Positions 9,022 to 21,600 of a DNA stretch of 64,000 nt are shown in pieces. The notes under the pieces were generated by a model. It was not told the origin of the DNA. It made no database searches and saw only the letters and a program-made list of their open reading frames with translations. How positions within the stretch are numbered: the stretch's first letter is position 1; each line of letters begins with the position of its first letter. A program made the translations under genes and the position numbers. The DNA is from Eledone cirrhosa. Taxonomy: Eukaryota. The stretch lies in NCBI GenBank assembly GCA_964016885.1, contig OZ024750.1:34844001-34908000 (forward strand), read 5' to 3'.

Positions 9022-9207
9022 GGATTGGCAGTATCGGTAGAGGGTCTGACGCCATGGTTTGAAGCACAGAGTTACGGCCCTTTATTGTCTGAGTTCAAAT
9101 CCCGCCGAGGTTAACTTTGCCTTTCATCCTTACGGAGTCGATAAAATAAAGTACCAGTAATACACTGGGATAATTGCTGGCCTTGTGTCAAAAGTAGAAA
9201 TAATTAT
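9022..9207 (+). mobile_element. tRNA-derived SINE, copy 3, head-to-head with copy 2
   Basis: ggattggcagtatcggtagagggtc...GAGTTCAAATCCC...gtcgataaaataaagtaccagtaa...ggccttgtgtc. Confidence 0.8.
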
Positions 9208-9222
9208 TGACAGGGATATCAA

Positions 9223-9248
9223 AGTAGTAGTAGTGGTGGTGGTGGTGG

Positions 9249-9282
<34 letters not shown>
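9223..9282. repeat. Compound microsatellite (GTA)n(GTG)n(ATA)n
   Basis: Seen directly. Confidence 0.9.
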
Positions 9283-9283
<1 letters not shown>

Positions 9284-9706
9284 TGTGAGTGGTAATTGGA
9301 GTAGAATGTCCGTTTGATAGCAGAGTAATGAAAAATAGAGAAAGAAAAAAAGTAGAGCTTGAAATATGAAATCTTCAAGTGCTGGAAAAAAAAAAAAAAA
9401 AAATTAACAAGATCATGATCTTGTCAATTATTATTAGAGTGTTGAGAAACTGTGACAAAGAATTTCAAAGTTAACCTTGAAAAACTAGACCTTAATCTGG
9501 AATAGGTGGGTGGTGGATGTGGTGCAAAAAAATGTTTAATTGGATCAACAAGAAAGCTTCTCCTTCCAGACCAGAGGTTGTGCGTTGTCTGATGAAGGAA
9601 GCTTATTTATACTGCCCTTCCTGACATCAGCTCCCTTTAGTTGTCTCATACTGACACACAGGGATATGGTGTGCCTATTCTAAAAATTGGAATAAACACC
9701 CACGCA

Positions 9707-9736
<30 letters not shown>

Positions 9737-9740
<4 letters not shown>

Positions 9741-10255
9741 AAAAAGTTTAACCCCGACGGCAGAGCTCAAGCCGTTTCGACGGCTATCTCTGGACAGAAA
9801 TAGCCATCGAAACGGCTTGAACTCTGCCGTCGAGGTTAAACTTTTTCCTATTACCCACTCTACTACCTTAAGTATCGAGTACTCTGGTGCGTTATGGTCC
9901 ATCTGGTTCCTTACCACACTTCCTTCGTTTATATATATATAGGAAAAGAGTCAGAACCCTGACGGCTGAGCTCTGGCTGTTTCAACAGCTAGATCTACCT
10001 GCCGAAACGGCCAGAGCTCAGCCGTTGGGGTCCTGACTCTTTTCCTATATATATATATATATAGGAACAAGTAAGACCCTGACGGCTGAGCTCAAGCCGT
10101 TTCGACGGCTAATTCATGTCCAGAATTAGCCGTTGAAACGGCTTGAGCTCAGCCGTCGGGGTCTTACTCGTTCCTATTACCTACTCTACTACCCTAAGTA
10201 TTGAGTACTTTGGTGCGTTATGGTCCACCTGGTTCCTTACCACATTTCCTTCGTT
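9737..10255. mobile_element. Three related palindromic elements separated by (TA)n: A 9737-9930, B 9940-10047, C 10062-10255
   Basis: Each has a ~110-bp hairpin TAGGAA...TTCCTA with a conserved gacggc.gagctc...gtttc core. A and C share an ~80-bp tail ending ggttccttaccaca.ttccttcgtt before (TA)n. Confidence 0.75.
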
Positions 10256-10273
10256 ATATATATATATATATAT

Positions 10274-11278
10274 TGTTATACTTGGGGAGGGTCATATTGT
10301 TGTAATAATATTGCCAGAATTAATAACAGAACACACTCACTGTTTGGTTGGTTTTCGCTTCTGTGTCTTTTATATCGGTTAATTTAATTTATTCGGTCCT
10401 CAATGTTACCATTGACTGACCAACGGTCAAAAATACAAATACAATATAGACACAAACACATATATATAGTCTAACAAAGTTCTTTCGTTGCACATCGGCA
10501 ACATCGTCAGTGGTTACCGTTCTGTTGTTGTCTGGCATGTTCGTATAGTACTGAAAAAAACAAAAAAAAAAACAAAAATAAAAACGGTTCAGTACTATAC
10601 GAACATGCCAGACAACAACCCGATGGTAACATAGAGAACATAGAAATTAGAATAATATCTAAACATAGAAATGACCCAGCAGATAGGCAAATCAGAGAGG
10701 CCAGCGAAATAGAACTTAGAAGGCCAAGGCTAAACAGAAAAAAATGAATGGAATAATAACAACACCCAAACAAACAACACTGACCTAAGACAAGTATAAA
10801 TAAATAAATAAATACATACACAAGCACAATAACAACAAACACATATAAACACACACTAGTAAACTAAGATAGAATACAATAACCAATACACAGTCCCCAC
10901 ACACGAACACACATCAAACAAAACACTATACACACACGCAAACGCATGCGCAGAGAAGACAAAAAAAAAAAATAAAATAAAATAAACAGACTAAGTAAAG
11001 ATGACGTAGGTATACAATACAACGGGAGGAAACATAATAACACCATTGACAATGTTGCAGATGTGCAATGAAAGAACTTTGTTAGACTATATATGTGTTT
11101 GTGTCTATATTGTATCTGTATTTTTTACCGTTGGTCAGTCAATGGTAACATTGAGGACCGAATAAATTAAATTAACCGATATAAAAGACAGAAACGAAAA
11201 CCAACCAAACAGTGAATCTGTTCTGTTATTAATTCTGGCAATATTATTACACAAATATGACCCTCCCCAAGTATAACA
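10274..11278. mobile_element. Non-autonomous DNA transposon with ~240-bp TIRs, TGT...ACA termini and a 4-bp ATAT flank (Ginger-like)
   Basis: 10274-10513 is the reverse complement of 11042-11278 with scattered mismatches. Termini are TGTTATACTTGGGG and CCCCAAGTATAACA, with ATAT on both sides. No coding capacity. Confidence 0.75.
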
Positions 11279-11512
11279 ATATTTGTTTCGACACACGATT
11301 TCATATCAAAAACCTTGCAAAACTATATATATATATATATATATTTCGTTTCTGAATTTTTGACAATATATGAACAATCGTCTGGTTGTGGAACCAACCA
11401 ACCAACCGGAAATTTATAAATTCCTAAATTTATAAATTTTATTTATAATAAATTGAAGTGAAAGCAACTGGTGCATGTGTTTCTTATTGGCAACATGACC
11501 CTCCCAAAGCAT

Positions 11513-11547
<35 letters not shown>

Positions 11548-11582
11548 CATCATCATCATCATCATCGTCAACATCATTATTA

Positions 11583-11797
11583 GGGTGGTGGATTGGCAGA
11601 ATCGGTAGCGTGTCGGACAAAATGTTTAACGGCATAGAGTTACGGCCCTTTACATTCTGAGTTCAAATCCCACCGAGGTTAGCATTGCTTTCATCCTTAT
11701 GGAGTTGATAAAATAACACACCAGTAATGCACTGGGGTCGATTTAATCGACTTTCCCCTCCCCACCAAATTGCTGACCTTATGCCTATATAGAAAAT
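11583..11797 (+). mobile_element. tRNA-derived SINE, copy 4
   Basis: ggtggtggattggcagaatcggtag...GAGTTCAAATCCC...ctttcatcc...gataaaataa..ccagtaatgcactggggtcgat. Confidence 0.8.
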
Positions 11798-11856
11798 ATT
11801 TGGTTATATCTGTCTAATTATAGACATTTTTAATTCTATTTTAAAAGGTACTCATT

Positions 11857-12131
11857 TGTCATGTCACCAACACAACCACTTTACAGGGTGGACTGGGTGC
11901 TTTTTGACGTGTCACCAACACAACTACTTTACAGGGTGGACTGGGTGCTTGTTGTCATGTCAACGAAACAAACACTTTACAGGGTGGACTGGGTGTTTTT
12001 TGTTGTGTCACTAGCACAACTACTTTACAGGGCGGACTGGGTGTTTTTTGTCATGTCACCAACACGACCACCTTGCAAGGTGGACTGGGCACATTTTTCA
12101 TGTCACCTGCACGACCACCTTTATAGGGTGG
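11857..12131. repeat. 48-bp minisatellite, ~5.7 diverged copies
   Basis: Unit tgtcatgtcaccaacacaaccactttacagggtggactgggtgctttt; 16-aa periodicity in ORF 11861..12148. Confidence 0.9.
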
Positions 12132-12338
12132 TAAATTACTTACACTAAATATTTGAGGAGATACAAAGACTTCTATATCAGTTTTATATGTAACTGATGC
12201 ATCATTAACAATATGGATTTGTTTGAAATAATTAACTGGCTTTTCTCTAAAATACCAATAGGATTAACAGCTATATCATAATAGATTAAATCAAGTGGAT
12301 AATTGTTAAATATATCCAATCAATGTCATTGACATCTT

Positions 12339-12376
12339 TGTTGCTGTTGTTGTTGTTGCTGTTGTTGTTGTTGTTT
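12339..12376. repeat. (GTT)n imperfect microsatellite
   Basis: Seen directly. Confidence 0.8.
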
Positions 12377-12685
12377 GTATATGTTGATGTATAACTGTTG
12401 TAATGTGCTGACATGAAATAATTTAGACCTATGTCCAGTTTTTTCTACTCAAACTATGAAATAATTTAGACATCTCTTGCCACCCCATCCCTTTCCAGTT
12501 CTTTTCCTTCTTTCTTTCTCTCTTTCTTTTTTTTTTTATATATTTATTCTTTCTTTCCTTGTGTCCCCTCCCCCTTTTTTTTTTTACTAAAATAGGTTTG
12601 TTTCTTTTGTATTCATTTAATTAAAATATGCTAAACTGAAAAAAACCCATCAAAATGACACATTTAATCATTCCCCACTCATAAA

Positions 12686-15600
12686 AACCACCACATCTTG
12701 ACTTGACAACTACCACATCTTGACTTGAACAACTACCACATCTTGACTTGAACAACCACCACATCTTGACTTGAACAACTACCACATATTGACTTGAACA
12801 ACTACCACATCTTGACTTGAACAACCACCACATCTTGACTTGACAACCACCACATCTTGACTTGAACAACTACCACATCTTGACTTGACAACTACCACAT
12901 CTTGACTTGAACAACTACAACATCTTGACTTGAACAACCACCACATCTTGACTTGAACAACTACCACATCTTGACTTGAACAACCACCACATCTTGACTT
13001 GAACAACCACCACATCTTGACTTGACCACCACCACATCTTGACTTGAACAACTACCACATCTTGACTTGAACAACTACCACATCTTGACTTGAACAACTA
13101 CCACATCTTGACTTGAACAACCACCACATCTTGACTTGAACAACTACCACATCTTGACTTTAACAACTACCACATCTTGACGTGACAACTACCACATCTT
13201 GACTTGAACAACCACCACATCTTGACTTGAACAACTACCACATCTTGACTTGACATCTACCACATCTTGACTTGAACAACTATCACATCTTGACTTGACA
13301 ACTACCACATCTTGACTTGAACAACTACCACATCTTGACTTGAACAACCACCACATCTTGACTTGACAACTACCATATCTTGACTTGACAACTACCACAT
13401 CTTGAATTGAACAACCACCATATCTTGACTTGAACAACTACCACATCTTGACTTGACAACCACCACATCTTGACTTGAACAACTACCACATCTTGACTTG
13501 ACAACTACCATATCTTGACTTGAACAACTACAACATCTTGACTTGAACAACGACCACAACTTGACTTGAACAACTACCACATCTTGACTTGAACAACCAC
13601 CACATCTTGACTTGAACAACCACCACATCTTGACTTGACAACCACCACATCTTGACTTGAACAACTACCACATCTTGACTTGACAACTACAACATCTTGA
13701 CTTGAACAACTACCACATCTTGACTTGACAACTACCACATCTTGACTTGAACAACTACCACATCTTGACTTGAACAACCACCACATCTTGACTTGACAAC
13801 TACCATATCTTGAGTTGACAACTACCACATCTTGACTTGAACAACCACCACATCTTGACTTGAACAACTACCACATCTTGACTTGACAACTACCACATCT
13901 TGACTTGAACAACTACCACAGCTTAACTTGACAACTACCACATCTTGACTTGAACAACTACCACATCTTGACTTGACAACTACCACATCTTGACTTGACA
14001 ACTACCACATCTTGACTTGACAACTACAACATCTTGACTTGAAAAACAACCACACATCTTGACTTGAACAACTACCACATCTTGACTTGAACAAGTACCA
14101 CATCTTGACTTGAACAACCACAACACATCTTGACTTGAACAACTACGACATCTTGACTTTAACAACTACAACTTCTTGACTTGAACAACCACCACATCTT
14201 GACTTGACAACTACAACATCTTGACTTGAACAACTACCACATCTTGACTTGACAACTACCACATCTTTACTTGAAGAATTACCACATTTTGACTTGACAA
14301 CTACCACATCTTGACTTGACAACTACCACATCTTGACTTGACAACTACCATATCTTGACTTGACAACTACCACATCTTGACTTGACAACTACCACATCTT
14401 GACTTGAACAACTACCATATCTTGACTTGACAACTACCACATCTTGACTTGAACAACCACCACATCTTGACTTGAACAACTACCACATCTTGACTTGACA
14501 ACTACCACATCTTGACTTGAACAATTACAACATCTTGACTTGAACAACCACCACATCTTGACTTGAACAACTGCCACATCTTGACTTGAACAGCCACCAC
14601 ATCTTGACTTAAACAACTACCACATCTTGACTTGACAACTACCACATCTTGACTTGACAACTACCACATCTTGACTTGACAAATACAACATCTTGACTTG
14701 AACAACTACCACACATCTTGACTTAAACAACTACCACATCTTGACTTGAACAACTACCACATCTTCACTTGAACAACCACAACACATCTTGACTTGAACA
14801 ACTACGACATCTTGACTTGAACAACTACACCTTCTTGACTTGAACAACCACCACATCTTGACTTGACAACTACAACATCTTGACTTGAACAACTACCACA
14901 TCTTGACTTAACAACTACCACATCTTGACTTGAACAACTACCACATCTTGACTTGACAACTACCACATCTTGACTTGACAACTACCACATCTTGACTTGA
15001 CAACTACCATATCTTGACTTGACAACTACCACATCTTGACTTGACAACTACCACATCTTGACTTGAACAACTACCACATCTTGACTTGACAACTACCACA
15101 TCTTGACTTGAACAACCACCACATGTTGACTTGAACAACTACCACATCTTGACTTGACAACTACCACATCTTGACTTGAACAACCAGCACATCTTGACTT
15201 GAACAACTACCACATCTTGACTTGACAACTACCACATCTTGACTTGAACAACTACCACATCTTGACTTGACAACTACCACATCTTGACTTGAACAACTAC
15301 CACATCTTGACTTGAACAACCACCACATCTTGACTTGACAACTACCACATCTTGACTTGAACAACCACCACATCTTGACTTGAACAACTACAACATCTTG
15401 ACTTGAACAACCACCACATCTTGACTTGAACATCTACCACATCTTGACTTGAACAACCACCACATCTTGACTTGAACAACCACCACATCTTGACTTGACA
15501 ACCACCTCATCTTGACTTGAACAACCACCACATCTTAACTTGAACAACTACCACATCTTGACCAGACAACTACCACATCTTGACTTGAACAACTACCACA

Positions 15601-18600
15601 TCTTGACTTGACAACTACCACATCTTGACTTGAACAACTACCACATCTTGACTTGAAAAACCACCACATCTTGACTTGACAACTACCATATCTTGACTTG
15701 ACAACTACCACATCTTGACTTGAACAACTACCACATCTTGACTTGACAACTACCACATCTTGACTTGAACAACTACCACATCTTGACTTGACAACTACCA
15801 CATCTTGACTTGAACAACTACCACATCTTGACTTGAAAACTACCACATGTTGACTTGACAACTACCACATCTTGACTTGACAACTACAACATCTTGACTT
15901 GAACAACTACCACACATCTTGACTTGAACAACTACCACATCTTGACTTGAACAACGACCACATCTTGACTTGAACAACTACCACATCTTGACTTGACAAC
16001 TACCACATCTTGACTTGAACAACTGCCACATCTTGACTTGAACAACGACCACAACTTGACTTGAACAACTACCACATCTTGACTTGAACAACCACCACAT
16101 CTTGACTTGAACAACCACCACATCTTGACATGACAACCACCACATCTTGACTTGAACAACTACCACATCTTGACTTGACAACTACAACATCTTGACTTGA
16201 ACAACTACCACATCTTGACTTGACAACTACCACATCTTGACTTGAACAACTACCACATCTTGACTTGAACAACCACCACATCTTGACTTGACAACTACCA
16301 TATCTTGACTTGACAACTACCACATCTTGACTTGAACAACCACCACATCTTGACTTGAACAACTACCACATCTTGACTTGACAACTACCACATCTTGACT
16401 TGAACAACTACCACAGCTTAACTTGACAACTACCACATCTTGACTTGAACAACTACCACATCTTGACTTGACAACTACCACATCTTGACTTGACAACTAC
16501 CACATCTTGACTTGACAACTACAACATCTTGACTTGAAAAACAACCACACATCTTGACTTGAACAACTACAACATCTTGACTTGAACAAGTACCACATCT
16601 TGACTTGAACAACCACAACACATCTTGACTTGAACAACTACGACATCTTGACTTTAACAACTACAACTTCTTGACTTGAACAACCACCACATCTTGACTT
16701 GACAACTACAACATCTTGACTTGAACAACTACCACATCTTGACTTGACAACTACCACATCTTTACTTGAAGAATTACCACATTTTGACTTGACAACTACC
16801 ACATCTTGACTTGACAACTACCACATCTTGACTTGACAACTACCATATCTTGACTTGACAACTACCACATCTTGACTTGACAACTACCACATCTTGACTT
16901 GAACAACTACCATATCTTGACTTGACAACTACCACATCTTGACTTGAACAACCACCACATCTTGACTTGAACAACTACCACATCTTGACTTGACAACTAC
17001 CACATCTTGACTTGAACAATTACAACATCTTGACTTGAACAACCACCACATCTTGACTTGAACAACTGCCACATCTTGACTTGAACAGCCACCACATCTT
17101 GACTTAAACAACTACCACATCTTGACTTGACAACTACCACATCTTGACTTGACAACTACCACATCTTGACTTGACAAATACAACATCTTGACTTGAACAA
17201 CTACCACACATCTTGACTTAAACAACTACCACATCTTGACTTGAACAACTACCACATCTTCACTTGAACAACCACAACACATCTTGACTTGAACAACTAC
17301 GACATCTTGACTTGAACAACTACACCTTCTTGACTTGAACAACCACCACATCTTGACTTGACAACTACAACATCTTGACTTGAACAACTACCACATCTTG
17401 ACTTAACAACTACCACATCTTGACTTGAACAACTACCACATCTTGACTTGACAACTACCACATCTTGACTTGACAACTACCACATCTTGACTTGACAACT
17501 ACCATATCTTGACTTGACAACTACCACATCTTGACTTGACAACTACCACATCTTGACTTGAACAACTACCACATCTTGACTTGACAACTACCACATCTTG
17601 ACTTGAACAACCACCACATGTTGACTTGAACAACTACCACATCTTGACTTGACAACTAAGACATCTTGACTTGAACAACCAGCACATCTTGACTTGAACA
17701 ACTACCACATCTTGACTTGACAACTACCACATCTTGACTTGAACAACTACCACATCTTGACTTGACAACTACCACATCTTGACTTGAACAACTACCACAT
17801 CTTGACTTGAACAACCACCACATCTTGACTTGACAACTACCACATCTTGACTTGAACAACCACCACATCTTGACTTGAACAACTACAACATCTTGACTTG
17901 AACAACCACCACATCTTGACTTGAACATCTACCACATCTTGACTTGACAACTACCACATCTTGACTTGACAACTACCATATCTTGACTTGACAACTACCA
18001 CATCTTGACTTGACAACTACCATATCTTGACTTGACAACTACCACATCTTGACTTGACAACTACCACATCTTGACTTGAACAACTACCACATCTTGACTT
18101 GAAAAACCACCACATCTTGACTTGACAACTACCACATCTTGACTTGAACAACTACCACATCTTGACTTGACAACTACCACATCTTGACTTGAACAACTAC
18201 CACATCTTGACTTGACAACTACCACATCTTGACTTGAACAACTACCACATCTTGACTTGAAAACTACCACATCTTGACTTGACAACTACCACATCTTGAC
18301 TTGACAACTACAACATCTTGACTTGAACAACTACCACACATCTTGACTTGAACAACTACCACATCTTGACTTGAACAACGACCACATCTTGACTTGAACA
18401 ACTACCACATCTTGACTTGACAACTACCACATCTTGACTTGAACAACTGCCACATCTTGACTTGACAACTACCACATCTTGACTTGAACAACTACCACAT
18501 CTTGACTTGAAAAACCACCACATCTTAACTTGAACAACCACCACATCTTGATTTGAACAACTACCACATCTTGACTTGACAACTACCACATCTTGACTTG

Positions 18601-21600
18601 AACAACTGCCACATCTTGACTTGACAACTACCACATCTTGACTTGAACAACTACCACATGTTGACTTGAACAACTGCCACATCTTGACTTGACAACTACC
18701 ACATCTTGACTTGAACAACTACCACATCTTGACTTGAAAAACAACGACATCTTGACTTGAACAACCACCACATCTTGACTTGAACAACCACCACATCTTG
18801 ACTTGATAACTATCACATCTTGACTTGAACAACTACCACATCTTGACTTGAACAACTTCCACATCTTGACTTGACAACTACCACATCTTGACTAGAACAA
18901 CTACCACATCTTGACTTGAACAACTGCCATATCTTGACTTGACAACTACCACATCTTGACTTGAACAACCACCACATCTTGACTTGAAAAACTACCACAC
19001 ATCTTGACTTGAACAACTACCACATCTTGACTTGAACAACCACAACACATCTTGACTTGAACAATTACCACATCTTGACTTGAACAACTACAACTTCTTG
19101 ACTTGAACAACCACCACATCTTGACTTGACAACTACCACATCTTGACTTGAACAACCACCACATCTTGATTTGAACAACTACCACATCTTGACTTGACAA
19201 CTACCACATCTTGACTTGAACAACTGCCACATCTTGACTTGACAACTACCACATCTTGACTTGAACAACTACCACATGTTGACTTGAACAACTGCCACAT
19301 CTTGACTTGACAACTACCACATCTTGACTTGAACAACTACCACATCTTGACTTTACAACTACCACATCTTGACTTGAACAACTACCACATCTTGACTTGA
19401 CAACTACCACATCTTGACTTGACAACTACCACATCTTGACTTGACAACTACCATATCTTGACTTGACAACTACCACATCTTGACTTGACAACTACCACAT
19501 CTTGACTTGAACAACTACCACATCTTGACTTGACAACTACCACATCTTGACTTGAACAACCACCACATCTTGACTTGAACAACTACCACATCTTGACTTG
19601 ACAACTACCACATCTTGACTTGAACAACCACCACATCTTGACTTGAACAACTACCACATCTTGACTTGACAACTACCACATCTTGACTTGAACAACTACC
19701 ACATCTTGACTTGAACAACCACCACATCTTGACTTGACAACTACCACATCTTGACTTGAACAACCACCACATCTTGACTTGAACAACTACAACATCTTGA
19801 CTTGAACAACCACCACATCTTGACTTGAACATCTACCACATCTTGACTTGAACAACCACCACATCTTGACTTGAACAAGCACCACATCTTGACTTGACAA
19901 CCACAACATCTTGACTTGAACAACCACCACATCTTAACTTGAACAACTACCACATCTTGACCTGACAACTACCACATCTTGACTTGAACAACTACCACAT
20001 CTTGACTTGACAACTACCACATCTTGACTTGAACAACTACCACATCTTGACTTGAAAAACCACCACATCTTGACTTGACTACTACCATATCTTGACTTGA
20101 CAACTACCACATCTTGACTTGAACAACTACCACATCTTGACTTGACAACTACCACATCTTGACTTGAACAACTACCACATCTTGACTTGACAACTACCGC
20201 ATCTTGACTTGAACAACTACCACATCTGGACTTGACAACTACCACATCTTGACTTGACAACTACCACATCTTGACTTGACAACTACAACATCTTGACTTG
20301 AACAACTACCACACATCTTGACTTGAACAACTACCACATCTTGACTTGAACAACGACCACATCTTGACTTGAACAACTACCACATCTTGACTTGACAACT
20401 ACCACATCTTGACTTGAACAACTGCCACATCTTGACTTGACAACTACCACATCTTGACTTGAAAAACTACCACATCTTGACTTGAAAAACCACCACATCT
20501 TGACTTGAACAACCACTATATCTTGATTTGAACAACTACCACATCTTGACTTGACAACTACCACATCTTGACTTGAACAACTGCCACATCTTGACTTGAC
20601 AACTACCACATTTTGACTTGAACAACTACCACATGTTGACTTGAACAACTGCCACATCTTGACTTGACAACTACCACATCTTGACTTGAACAACTACCAC
20701 ATCTTGACTTGAAAAACAACGACATCTTGACTTGAACAACCACCACATCTTGACTTGACAACTATCACATCTTGACTTGAACAACTACCACATCTTGACT
20801 TGAACAACTTCCACATCTTGACTTGACAACTACCAAATCTTGACTAGAACAACTACCACATCTTGACTTGAACAACTGCCATATCTTGACTTGACAACTA
20901 CAACTTCTTGACTTGAACAACCACCACATCTTGACTTGACAACTACCACATCTTGACTTGAACAACCACCACATCTTGATTTGAACAACTACCACATCTT
21001 GACTTGACAACTACCACATCTTGACTTGAACAACTGCCACATCTTGACTTGACAACTACCACATCTTGACTTGAACAACTACCAGATGTTGACTTGAACA
21101 ACTGCCACATCTTGACTTGACAACTACCACATCTTGACTTGAACAACTACCACATCTTGACTTGACAACTACCACATCTTGACTTGCACAACTACAACTT
21201 CTTGACTTGAACAACCACCACATCTTGACTTGACAACCACCACATCTTGACTTGAACAACTACCACATCTTGACTTGACAACTACCACATCTTGACTTGA
21301 ACAACTGCCACATCTTGACTTGACAACTACCACATCTTGACTTGAACAACTACCACATGTTGACTTGAACAACTGCCACATCTTGACTTGACAACTACCA
21401 CATCTTGACTTGAACAACTGCCACATCTTGACTTGACAACTACCACATCTTGACTTGAACAACTACCACATCTTGACTTGACAACTACCACATCTTGACT
21501 TGAACAACTACCACATCTTGACTTGACAACTACCACATCTTGACTTGACAACTACCACATCTTGACTTGACAACTATCACATATTGACTTGAACAACTAC

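Noticed and set aside
9585-9640. CTGATGA...stem motif resembling a Penelope-type hammerhead ribozyme, with a similar one at 7674-7703
   Set aside because: The GAAA core is missing here (ctgaca) and stem II is poor in the other. I could not build the flanking helices, so these are at most decayed relics.
8836-12148. Short ORFs of 60-115 aa in the SINE, MITE and microsatellite zone
   Set aside because: They overlap SINEs, hairpins, simple repeats or the 48-bp minisatellite, and show low complexity with no domain signal.
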